32,000 nucleotides of DNA, taken from positions 2,100,001 to 2,132,000 of the forward strand of contig NZ_AP012549.1 of assembly GCF_000829235.1 (NCBI RefSeq). The letters run 5' to 3'. Numbering within the stretch: the first letter of the stretch is position 1; each line of letters starts with the position of its first letter. The notes under the pieces were generated by a model that saw only the letters and a list, made by a program, of their open reading frames with translations, did no database searches and was not told the origin of the DNA. The position numbers and the translations under genes are program-made. This stretch comes from a cyanobacterium endosymbiont of Epithemia turgida isolate EtSB Lake Yunoko. Lineage in GTDB: Bacteria > Cyanobacteriota > Cyanobacteriia > Cyanobacteriales > Microcystaceae. Positions 17,778-26,430 of this stretch are shown in pieces.

Positions 17778-18217
17778 TTATTTGGTCTTGAGCCATTTTA
17801 ATGAAGTTTGGTAACGACTGAAGCAATCCTTCCAGTAATTCAGCATAAGCATACTAAAAGTTTCTATAGTAGCCTCGATAATAGCCACAAGTGGTAGAGT
17901 CAATGAGCAAGATACTTTTGTCGGAGAAGATAGCATTAGTTGGACATCTAACACTATAACGATGACAGATAACACATCCAGATATTTATGTTATAGCATA
18001 ACTCATGACACTACCCTTGTTTTATTTAGTTTTACCGGGTGTTGCCTAAGTTGGGTAAACAGCTATAATCTCGTGAAAATCCCGCACAGGGGGGAATATT
18101 GTAGTCATCGACGCAACTATAGCAGGTATTTGGAGCGTCATTATCGAATTGATGACCTGAAGTTACCGAGAAAACGCTAGAAGCTTCCACAGGAGTGCTC
18201 TTCATAGAATTCATCAT
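17778..18217 (-). pseudogene. fdxN: fdxN (2x[4Fe-4S] ferredoxin) remnant in two frames
   Basis: It occupies the nifB-nifS slot where fdxN sits in cyanobacteria. Fragment 18032..18217 retains NTCYSCVDDYNIPPCAGFSRDYSC but has lost the first CxxCxxC...CP cluster motif (it reads SSVFSVTSG) and two later Cys. Fragment 17778..17975, in another frame, ends NYWKDCFSRYQTSLKWL, like the FdxN tail. Confidence 0.7.
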
Positions 18218-18220
18218 TTA

Positions 18221-19672
18221 CTACAACACTCCCATTAATTCTTTAGACTTCATAAACTGCTCATAGAAATCTAGGGCTACTTTGTCGATAACATCGTAAG
18301 CTTCAAAAGGTTCTAACCCAGCCTTACGCAACTCTTTTTGAGGACAAAGACCAATCTTGGAAGCGAGCACTCCTTTGCAATCAGCAATAGCTTTGATGAT
18401 ATGTTCAAGAGTCGCTTCCTCTCCGTATCCAGCTTGACAATAATGGTCTACTTTGCGATGGGCTACGAATTTAACATCTGCACCATCAACTTCAAATATC
18501 TGAAATTCTTTAGCGTGACCAAAGTGTTGGTTTACTAATCGATTCCCTTTTGTTGCTACTGCTACAAGAATCTTAGGACCTTTTTTGAGTGTTTTAGCAG
18601 CTTTAGAGGCTTTTACTTCGGCGGTGAATTTTTCGATACCTTCGTGGACTTTCTGGCGGGCAGCTAAATCATATTCAGGCTTCATCTCGAGAAATTTATC
18701 TTTGGTGAATTCCTGAGAACGGTCTTCCCCTAAGAGTCCTACTGCATCTGCCCGACATTGACGACAGTGACGCATCATTCTCATGTTGCCAGAACAACTA
18801 TCTTGAACTGCTTTAAGTTCTTTGGGACTAGGACCGCGTTGTCCGGTCAAACCAAAGTGGGTACCATGTTCAGGCGCACTTATTAAAGGCATAATATTAT
18901 GAATAAATGCACCTTTAGAACGAATAACTTTGTTAACTTCTGCCAGGTGTTGGTCGTTAACTCCAGGAATCATAACCGAGTTAACTTTGCAAAGGATGTC
19001 TGCCTCTCTAAGGGCCTCTAGAGCCTCCATCTGTTTCTCGTGGAGAATTCTGACTCCTTCAATTCCCTTATAACGTTTGCGATTGTAACGCACCCAAGGA
19101 TAGATTTTTTCTCCAATCTCGGGATCAATCATATTAATAGTTAGGGTAACATGATCGATTTTCAATTCTTTGATTTTATCAATATACTCTGTCAACATCA
19201 AGCCGTTGCTTGACAAACATAATTTAATATCGGGGGCTTGCTCAGCTACTAGTTCAAAGGTACGGAAAGTATGTTTAGGATTCGCCAAGGGGTCGCCGGG
19301 ACCTGCAATACCCAGTACTGTCATTTGAGGAATCTTTCCAGCAATGACTAGAGCCTTGTGGGCGGCTTCTTCGGGGATTAGAACTTCACTAACTACTCCC
19401 GGACGGCTTTCGTTGGCGCAATCGTACTTGCGATTACAATAGTTACATTGAATGTTGCAAGCAGGGGCAACTGCCACGTGTAATCTTGCATAGTGATGGT
19501 GTGCGTCCTCACTATAGCAAGGGTGTTTAGCAATCCGTTCCTGAATGTTTTTAGGAACAACCTGAGAAGTAGAGGAGTCACAGCCACAAGGCCCAGAAGC
19601 TCTTGTGGTAGACAGGGTTGCTGTTTTGGTTGCCGATGAGTCAGAGTTAGTTAAACCAGTTGATTGTAACAT
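18221..19672 (-). CDS. nifB: FeMo-cofactor biosynthesis radical-SAM protein NifB (with C-terminal NifX-like domain)
   Basis: The radical-SAM motif [14 protein letters not shown] is present. 483 aa, ATG at 19672, first gene of the minus-strand unit. Confidence 0.97.
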   Translation of the reverse strand: MLQSTGLTNSDSSATKTATLSTTRASGPCGCDSSTSQVVPKNIQERIAKHPCYSEDAHHHYARLHVAVAPACNIQCNYCNRKYDCANESRPGVVSEVLIPEEAAHKALVIAGKIPQMTVLGIAGPGDPLANPKHTFRTFELVAEQAPDIKLCLSSNGLMLTEYIDKIKELKIDHVTLTINMIDPEIGEKIYPWVRYNRKRYKGIEGVRILHEKQMEALEALREADILCKVNSVMIPGVNDQHLAEVNKVIRSKGAFIHNIMPLISAPEHGTHFGLTGQRGPSPKELKAVQDSCSGNMRMMRHCRQCRADAVGLLGEDRSQEFTKDKFLEMKPEYDLAARQKVHEGIEKFTAEVKASKAAKTLKKGPKILVAVATKGNRLVNQHFGHAKEFQIFEVDGADVKFVAHRKVDHYCQAGYGEEATLEHIIKAIADCKGVLASKIGLCPQKELRKAGLEPFEAYDVIDKVALDFYEQFMKSKELMGVL

Positions 19673-19996
19673 CGAATTCCGTGGAGTAAGGGGTGGCTAA
19701 AAAATGACTTAAGAACATTTCTAAGAACATTTGGTGATTCAGTCACTTGCTGGAACTTATCACGACGATAGTCAAAAACGATGAATTTTCGTCCTTGGCA
19801 TCTATGCAAGTTATACCACTTCCTCTAGCAGTTCTTGATGCAGATGTCCGAGTTGGGATTTATTAAATTTATCACAAAGTACTCAAATACTGAAGCTCTC
19901 TCTACACACCAGGTTAGTACTTTTTGTGTTTTTTTTGGGGGTTATGGTCCTAGTATTTTTAGTATTGCGTATAGGTATTTTTTTTTGGGGATACGA

Positions 19997-20012
19997 GCAT
20001 TTATGCACTCAA
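19997..20012 (-). promoter_or_regulatory. 16-mer TTGAGTGCATAAATGC (read on the minus strand) upstream of nifB
   Basis: It is 15/16 identical to the plus-strand 16-mer at 20478-20493, oriented toward nifB, 325 nt upstream of its ATG, and part of an array of TTGAGTRYA motifs. Confidence 0.5.
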
Positions 20013-20477
20013 TGCAAAATCATTACCGGAGAAGGAGCTAGTAGTGTTTTGGGACAATTAAATTCTCCGTAATTTTTTTATGTTTTTGCACTCAAGTACC
20101 TTCTATCGAAAACAAAAGATAGTAAACTCTTTAGCAAAAATTAATATATTTTCTCTGCTTTGCTATTTTCTTCGTATGTTTAGGTCTTCTCCTATTTTTT
20201 CTTCACTCCTCTATTACAAAAGACTGGATGGAGTAAGCGTTATAAAGCTTTTCCAGTGTTATCACGGAATTCGATTCTGTATCTAAAGTAACACTTTTTT
20301 AAGGTAAAGCTGACATCAACTCATGTCTATCCTAACTTTTGTACATCAAAATCCTTAAATCCCTTATGAAATAAGGGATTTAACTGTTAACTAACGATCA
20401 ATTATTGAGTTCTTTAGATGAGGTCTTGAAATTTTCTTTCTATAGAGTTTAAATCCTTACTCTGATTGATGTTTAGA

Positions 20478-20493
20478 TTGAGTACATAAATGC
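20478..20493 (+). promoter_or_regulatory. 16-mer TTGAGTACATAAATGC upstream of cysE
   Basis: This is the mirror partner of 19997-20012. It is oriented toward cysE, 227 nt upstream of its ATG. A second related copy, TTGAGTACACAAAT, lies at 20605-20618. Confidence 0.5.
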
Positions 20494-20719
20494 TTTAACC
20501 CATATCTATAAATACATGAACAGTGTACCAAAAATAGTAGTACCCTATACTCAAAAAAAAAATAATAATGATGCAAATACTTATAATATAAAGGTTTTAA
20601 AACTTTGAGTACACAAATAATCAATGTTGATTAGATTGATTTACCCAGATTGTATTGGAGGGTTCAGGGTAACTTGGTATAAGCATAACAACTAGGTCTA
20701 TATAGAATCACGGAATTCA

Positions 20720-21451
20720 ATGTTTGGATCCATACCGCTTAGAGACAGCCGTTCTGAAAGTCGAGATAATTCTCTAAATGTCTCGGTAACGACTTTGTCG
20801 ACAGCTTCCCACCCGACTCAACTACCTTTGAAGGTTCTTTGGGAAGATTTTCAAATAATTTTTGCCCGTGATCCAGCTGCCCGCAACTGGCTGGAAGTGC
20901 TATATTGTTATCCAGGGTTGCACGCCCTAGTCTTACATCGTATTTCCCATTGGCTGTGGCATTATGGAGTGCCCTTTTTACCACGCTTTTTATCCCATTT
21001 AGGGAGATTTTTTACAGGTATTGAAATTCATCCAGGGGCGACTCTCGGACAAGGAGTATTCATCGACCACGGCATGGGGGTGGTTATTGGGGAAACTGCT
21101 GTTGTTGGTGATTATTGTCTAATTTATCAAGATGTTACCCTCGGCGGGACGGGGAAAGAACTTGGTAAACGTCATCCTACTCTCGGCAATAACGTGGTAG
21201 TGGGTGCAGGAGCTAAAGTTTTAGGGAATATTATCATTGGTGATTATGTTCGTATCGGAGCTGGTTCAATTGTTTTAAGAGATGTTCCCAGTGACTGTAC
21301 TGTAGTTGGTGTGCCGGGTCGTATTATTTCCCGCATTGGTCGTGACTGTCCCTTGGAACATAGCAAATTGCCGGATGTAGAAGCCCAAATTATTCGAAAC
21401 TTGTTGGACCGAATTGAGCGATTGGAACAAAAGATACAAAACCTATCCTAA
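20720..21451 (+). CDS. cysE: Serine O-acetyltransferase (nif-cluster CysE / NifP-like)
   Basis: Hexapeptide-repeat acetyltransferase with [33 protein letters not shown] and [31 protein letters not shown]. The first ~36 residues may be an over-extension; an in-frame TTG at 20828 is an alternative start. Confidence 0.9.
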   Translation: MFGSIPLRDSRSESRDNSLNVSVTTLSTASHPTQLPLKVLWEDFQIIFARDPAARNWLEVLYCYPGLHALVLHRISHWLWHYGVPFLPRFLSHLGRFFTGIEIHPGATLGQGVFIDHGMGVVIGETAVVGDYCLIYQDVTLGGTGKELGKRHPTLGNNVVVGAGAKVLGNIIIGDYVRIGAGSIVLRDVPSDCTVVGVPGRIISRIGRDCPLEHSKLPDVEAQIIRNLLDRIERLEQKIQNLS

Positions 21452-21466
21452 CCCTATTCTACCATT

Positions 21467-21745
21467 ATGATTAGATCATCTCATCCCGACGCGTTAATCA
21501 GCCAAGTTGCGCAAGTTTCTCGATGTGAACGCTGGCTACTCCATCGGCGCCTTGAAGAGCTAATGATCCCTTGTTGGTGTCCCGATGACGGATCTTTGTG
21601 GGTAGAAATTCAACACGGCATTGATGCCATTCTTTTGCGCAGCACTGTCTACCAAACGAATGCCTCCCGTAGAGAATTAGTGGAGTGGCTTAGTCGCTGC
21701 TGGGAAGCACCTGACACTCCTTCTGCTCAATTCTACAATAGTTGA
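21467..21745 (+). CDS. Hypothetical small protein in the cysE-nifV unit (92 aa)
   Basis: ATG ORF 16 nt after cysE, with non-biased composition (...CERWLLHRRLEELMIPCWCPDDGSLWVEI...). I recognise no family with confidence. Confidence 0.55.
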   Translation: MIRSSHPDALISQVAQVSRCERWLLHRRLEELMIPCWCPDDGSLWVEIQHGIDAILLRSTVYQTNASRRELVEWLSRCWEAPDTPSAQFYNS

Positions 21746-21860
21746 GGATATTTTTTTCAACCTTGTCGCCTTTCCGTCTTGTTTTTTACGCCCTTAACTC
21801 GTTGAGACCTGGCTCCGCTGGCTGGCTGATTGTTGGATAACTAGTTGTTTTAGTGCTGTC

Positions 21861-22073
21861 ATGGAAAACCATTCAATCTCTAACGAATTTACTCAATTTT
21901 TACAACAAGAACTATCTCTTTCCTCCGATGACCTGGCGGTTGCTATAAACAATCGCAGACAACCAGGAGATCCTATTCCTATGTTGCTATGGCAATATGG
22001 GTTGATTTCTAGAGGACAACTTCAAAGAATTTGGGATTGGCTTGATGCTCAGATTCAATTCCAGTTCCCTTGA
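21861..22073 (+). CDS. Hypothetical small protein (70 aa), cyanobacterial DUF2949-like
   Basis: ATG ORF with PMLLWQYGLISRGQLQRIWDWLD. This resembles a small conserved cyanobacterial family, from memory only. Confidence 0.5.
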   Translation: MENHSISNEFTQFLQQELSLSSDDLAVAINNRRQPGDPIPMLLWQYGLISRGQLQRIWDWLDAQIQFQFP

Positions 22074-22124
22074 CTACCTACCATTGTAGCAAGTTCTTAC
22101 CTATAGTTGTCGAGACATTAAGCC

Positions 22125-23258
22125 ATGGATAAAACTTACATTAATGATACCACCCTCAGAGATGGAGAACAGGCAGCTGGTATTGTTTTCACTCCTGAAG
22201 AAAAAATATCTTTAGCTAGCTTGATGGATCTTATGGGTATTCCCGAATTGGAAGTAGGGATTCCGGCTATGGGAGGAAGTGAAGCGGAAGCTATTACGGC
22301 GATCACCCAGTTAGGTTTGAAGGCCGACTTATTAGGTTGGAATCGGGCAGTCCGCTCCGATGTGGAAGCTTCCCTTACTTGTGGACTCAAACGAGTTCAT
22401 ATCTCCGTTCCCGTGTCTGAGGTGCAAATTCAAACTAAGTTCAAGGGTGATCGCTTTCTAGTTTTTGCCTGTCTAGAGAACACCCTCAAATTTGCCCTGG
22501 ATAATGGTCTGTTTGTTTCTGTAGGAGCAGAAGATTCCTCTAGAGCTTCAGAAGAATTTTTGCTAGAGATTGCCAGCGCTGCTCAGGAATGGGGAGCATC
22601 TCGTTTTCGATTTTGCGATACGGTAGGTATTCTCAATCCTGTCACCACTACCCAAAAAGTTGGAAACTTAGTCAAAGAGTTATCAATTCCTGTAGAGATA
22701 CATACCCATAACGACTTTGGCTTGGCTACAGCTAATGCTTTAGCTGGACTCCAAGCGGGAGCTACTTCGGTAAATACTACCGTTAATGGGTTAGGAGAAC
22801 GTGCAGGAAATGCGGCTTTAGAAGAGATAATTATGTCTCTAAAGTACCTCTATCAGGTAGATTTAGGCGTTAATACTTGTTATTTAAGGGAATTATCTCA
22901 GTTAGTCATTGCTGCCTCGGGTCACACTCTTCCTCCTTGGAAAGCTATAGTAGGAGATAATGCCTTTGCCCATGAATCAGGTATCCACGCCCACGGAGTT
23001 CTTGAAAATCCCCAAACCTATGAACCTTTTTCCCCAGAGGAGATCGGTTGGCAAAGACAATTGGTTGTAGGTAAACATTCTGGACGACATCTAGTTGCTA
23101 ATTTGCTGAAACAACATGGCATTACTTTAGATCCTGAAGAAGCCCAATTTGTCTTAGATGCAGTGCGCAGTTTGTCAGTTCAGATGAAACGAAGTTTAAC
23201 AGTAGATGAATTACTTAATTTAGTACCTAATAGGAGAATATCTCATGGGATTATATAA
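22125..23258 (+). CDS. nifV: Homocitrate synthase NifV
   Basis: 377 aa with DTTLRDGEQ, HTHNDFGLATANALAG and HESGIH motifs of the HMGL/LeuA-like family. It precedes nifZ. Confidence 0.95.
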   Translation: MDKTYINDTTLRDGEQAAGIVFTPEEKISLASLMDLMGIPELEVGIPAMGGSEAEAITAITQLGLKADLLGWNRAVRSDVEASLTCGLKRVHISVPVSEVQIQTKFKGDRFLVFACLENTLKFALDNGLFVSVGAEDSSRASEEFLLEIASAAQEWGASRFRFCDTVGILNPVTTTQKVGNLVKELSIPVEIHTHNDFGLATANALAGLQAGATSVNTTVNGLGERAGNAALEEIIMSLKYLYQVDLGVNTCYLRELSQLVIAASGHTLPPWKAIVGDNAFAHESGIHAHGVLENPQTYEPFSPEEIGWQRQLVVGKHSGRHLVANLLKQHGITLDPEEAQFVLDAVRSLSVQMKRSLTVDELLNLVPNRRISHGII

Positions 23259-23556
23259 TCCTGGCGAAATTGAATTAAATGATCCTCCAGTTTTTCAAAT
23301 GGAGGAAAAAGTCCGTTTACGGAAAATGATTCGTAACGATGGAACATTTCCGGGTAAAGAACTTGGACAAACTTTAGCGAAAAAGGGTGATGTTGGTTAT
23401 ATAGTTAGTATTGGAACCTATCTACAGAGTTATTATATTTATGCAGTGCACTTTATTGATAGTGGTTTTGTTGTAGGGTGTCGCTACAAGGAATTAGAAT
23501 CAGCTGAGGATCCTCAAACCCTCGAACGTCGTAAGGCGGAAATGAGTAGCTATTAA
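23245..23556 (+). CDS. nifZ: NifZ
   Basis: The NifZ core IRNDGTFPGKELGQTLAKKGDVGYIVSIGTYLQSYYIYAVHF...VVGCRYKEL is present. It overlaps the nifV end by 14 nt. Confidence 0.9.
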   Translation: MGLYNPGEIELNDPPVFQMEEKVRLRKMIRNDGTFPGKELGQTLAKKGDVGYIVSIGTYLQSYYIYAVHFIDSGFVVGCRYKELESAEDPQTLERRKAEMSSY

Positions 23557-23666
23557 CTAATACACCAAAAAAGTTGGAATTATAACCATTGATGAGATGA
23601 ACTGTTATAATTCTGCCTTCTAGATTTGTATTGAGATTGTCATTCTTTGTTATCAGGAGTAATTTC

Positions 23667-23867
23667 ATGAAAGTTATTTTAAGTCGTAATGATACGGGCA
23701 GTTTATCTGTCTACGTTCCTAAAAAGGACTTAGAGGAAGTAGTGGTTAACGAGACCCCCGCAGATGAGGGAAGAATTCTAACCTTAGCTAATGGTTGGGA
23801 TTTAAAGTTTCCTACCTTAACCGATGATACTAAGTTACCTCAAACTATGGAAGCGACAAAGCTTTAA
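23667..23867 (+). CDS. nifT: NifT/FixU
   Basis: MKVILSRNDTGSLSVYVPKKDLEEVVV...LTLANGW. The ATG at 23667 has an AGGAG SD at 23655-23659. The track start at 23631 is an over-extension. Confidence 0.85.
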   Translation: MKVILSRNDTGSLSVYVPKKDLEEVVVNETPADEGRILTLANGWDLKFPTLTDDTKLPQTMEATKL

Positions 23868-24002
23868 TTACTGTTAGTTTTTGAAGAATAAAACGGAGTT
23901 AACTTCTTTAGAGAATGCGAAAAGTAAGGGGCAGGAGAAAGAAGTAAAAATGTCTGTTCTTCCCTCTTACCTCGTTGTTCTTTAATTATTTAGGATTTAG
24001 TC

Positions 24003-24599
24003 ATGGATTCAGTGCATTACCAAACTTTACCATTTCGATTAGAGTGTCAATTCATTGGATTTGTCAACAAACCCAATGGCCGATTAAAGTCCCTGCGATC
24101 AATGCTCCATAGCAAAGAGTTACATATTAAATTGAATAAAGAATTACGGAGTTCTTTAGCGTATAGTTTAGTTGTTGGTGACTGGATTCAGGTTATAGGA
24201 ATACAAAAATTTAAGGGCAATTTTACTGATTTTAAACTCAAAGCATTTCAAGTAAATCGATTGAGTTATAGCTTAGAGTGTAAAGATAATTTAAACCCAA
24301 ATTATTCAGTAATTTTTCAAAATCTATCATCGAGTTGTCCAAAAAAAGGGAAAATACTTTTGTGTGATAAATCTGATTGTGCTAAAAATGGTAGTGAAGA
24401 ACTTTATCAAGAACTCCAAAAAACTATCTGTCGTTTGGGGTTAGAAGATTCCGTAACTATCCAAAAAACAAGTTGCCAAAAACGCTGCAAAAAAGCGCCT
24501 AATATGATTTTAATGCCTGGGAAAGAAAAATACAGCAACCCCCAACCGCAGAGTATTGTAAGCCTTCTCCGTGATCATTATTTATCTCCTATGGACTAA
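24003..24599 (+). CDS. Thioredoxin-like [2Fe-2S] ferredoxin domain protein
   Basis: The C-terminal half, KILLCDKSDCAKNGSEELYQEL...QKTSCQKRCKKAPNMILMPGKEKY, carries the C-x4-C...C-x3-C pattern of thioredoxin-like [2Fe-2S] ferredoxins. Confidence 0.7.
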   Translation: MDSVHYQTLPFRLECQFIGFVNKPNGRLKSLRSMLHSKELHIKLNKELRSSLAYSLVVGDWIQVIGIQKFKGNFTDFKLKAFQVNRLSYSLECKDNLNPNYSVIFQNLSSSCPKKGKILLCDKSDCAKNGSEELYQELQKTICRLGLEDSVTIQKTSCQKRCKKAPNMILMPGKEKYSNPQPQSIVSLLRDHYLSPMD

Positions 24600-24604
24600 G
24601 AAAA

Positions 24605-25009
24605 ATGGCTAATGTTATTTTTTATGAAAAACCCGGTTGTATTAACAATACAAAGCAAAAAAAACTCCTCCAGAAGGCAGGTCATACCCTGGATGTTCAT
24701 AACCTGTTAACAACCTCTTGGACTTTAGAAAGATTACGCCCGTTTTTTTGTAATCGACCTGTTCAAGAATGGTTTAACCCTACTGCACCTCGAATTAAGT
24801 CAGGGGAAATTGTTCCAAGACAATTAGACGAGAAAACAGCACTTGAATTAATGATAGCTGACCCTCTATTGATTCGTCGTCCTCTTATTCAAGTGGAAGA
24901 AGTTTTTCAGGTAGGATTTGATGTGGAACAAATCGACTCTTGGATTGGTTTAAATAGTTTAAGTCCAGAAATAGAGGATTTAGAAACTTGTCCTAATATT
25001 CACCAATAA
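24605..25009 (+). CDS. ArsC/Spx-family nitrogenase-associated protein
   Basis: The N-terminus FYEKPGCINNTKQKKLLQKAGH and LIRRPLIQV are typical of the ArsC-fold nitrogenase-associated subfamily. It is the last gene of the plus-strand nif unit. Confidence 0.7.
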   Translation: MANVIFYEKPGCINNTKQKKLLQKAGHTLDVHNLLTTSWTLERLRPFFCNRPVQEWFNPTAPRIKSGEIVPRQLDEKTALELMIADPLLIRRPLIQVEEVFQVGFDVEQIDSWIGLNSLSPEIEDLETCPNIHQ

Positions 25010-25030
25010 TTAATTATTGAAAAAGCTATT

Positions 25031-25060
25031 AGAGATGTAAATTAGCACATCTCTTTTATT
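25031..25060 (+). terminator. Rho-independent terminator of the cysE-nifVZT unit
   Basis: A perfect 8-bp stem AGAGATGT (25031-25038) / ACATCTCT (25047-25054) with an 8-nt loop, followed by TTTATT. It lies 22 nt after the stop at 25009. Confidence 0.7.
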
Positions 25061-25162
25061 CTTAAAAGAAGAAAAATATAAACAGTCCAATAAATTCAAA
25101 ATAATTGAGAAGAAAATGACAGGTTTAAGGGAATTAATAATATATTTTTTCAAACTTTATGC

Positions 25163-25197
25163 TAATATATGATTATATGTAATATAATCATATATTA
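25163..25197. repeat. Perfect 16-bp inverted repeat with a 3-nt spacer
   Basis: TAATATATGATTATAT (25163-25178), gta, ATATAATCATATATTA (25182-25197). Confidence 0.9.
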
Positions 25198-26430
25198 CGA
25201 TATTTTCTGCTATGATCGTTCGTGTATTATATGAATTTGTTGGGAATAAATTTAAGAACTTAAAAGCTACTGAGCTAGCTGTAAAACAATTTTAATAAAA
25301 ATCGATAAAAATCTAGCTTCATATAGGTTTTCAAAACTCAACGATCTAGTTCTATATGAGCCGAGGTTTTGAGATCGTAGGGTGCAGTTAAAATAAGAGG
25401 TTTTCAAATTATTAAGATACTAATTTATTATTATCACTCTAAACAACATAGAAATCTAAATAGATAATTATAGAACAACTCAACGAAATAAAGTTGAACA
25501 AGTTTAAGAATAACTATAGGTTTTGTTAAATTTCAGAAAAATAAATTTTAAAATTATGTTGAACTATTTAAATATTAAGTTTATATAAAAAAAGCTTCTT
25601 AATAAGAAAATACATAATAGCGGTGCTAAACAATAAAAGTTTGTCAGTACTGTTATTGATATTAAATATTTAAAGTTGTGACGCTAAAATAATGTTTTAA
25701 ATTAGTAGATAATATTCGCCTTATAAAGTTTATTTTCTTACTCTTTACATTAGTCATTATCTACCAATTTTTTAAAAGAAATAACTAACGATAAAATCTT
25801 TTATGATAGATTATTAATTCCGCATTTATATCAGGAGCACCATCGTAATATAAATTTTGTTCAACGATTGTTGTCTCTTTTAAAACTTCTGTTTATTCTA
25901 CGTTAAGAAACATTAGACTAGTAGCAGCAATGATATAGTTGTTGCGGAGGTTAATAATCTAAGTAGTAGTCACTAACATAGTGAGTTATTCCTCTTTCTT
26001 TAATTACTTTCATCTTATAAAAAGTTTCAGGATAATGTAAATCCCAAAATACTGGAAAAGTATTGAGTTTTACAATCTATTTAGGGGAAGTTATGTAGAA
26101 AATTTATCTAGTTTTAGATAATGTTAGTTACACTTAAAATAATTTTGTGTAATTCATTACATTATTATGAATTTTAACTATTTTTTTTATACTCCAAAAC
26201 ACATTATATAAACAATGACTACTAAGCTAAATTAGTAAATCCTATTTTAATGTTAGATTGAAGTGAAATAGATTGTTCAATGAAGTGTTATTTTTAAAAG
26301 AAGTTGGATTGCTCCTGAGTTCATCACCTGATTTAAACAATAATTTAATTCTTGTAACCGATTCAAGGTTAATAATTTAGTTCGGGAATCGTATAATTTA
26401 CCAATTATCAAAATCACTATTAAAACTTAG

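Noticed and set aside
19835-20286. Two 68-aa plus-strand ORFs in the nifB/cysE divergent region
   Set aside because: Their composition is low-complexity and Phe/Ser/Tyr-rich, typical of AT-rich non-coding DNA. They lack an SD, overlap the motif array, and match no family. Gene remnants cannot be fully excluded.
20261-20718. 12-bp direct repeat ATCACGGAATTC at 20261-20272 and 20707-20718, a possible target-site duplication of a MITE
   Set aside because: The inner ends show only weak inverted similarity (TTCTGTATCT vs TTCTATATAG). A 12-mer match within 1 kb has about 0.1 chance expectation at this composition, and 12 bp is long for a TSD. The evidence is insufficient.
25663-25674. 12-bp palindrome TTAAATATTTAA and other short AT palindromes in the desert
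   Set aside because: Palindromes of this length, made only of A/T, are expected by chance in roughly 85% A+T sequence.
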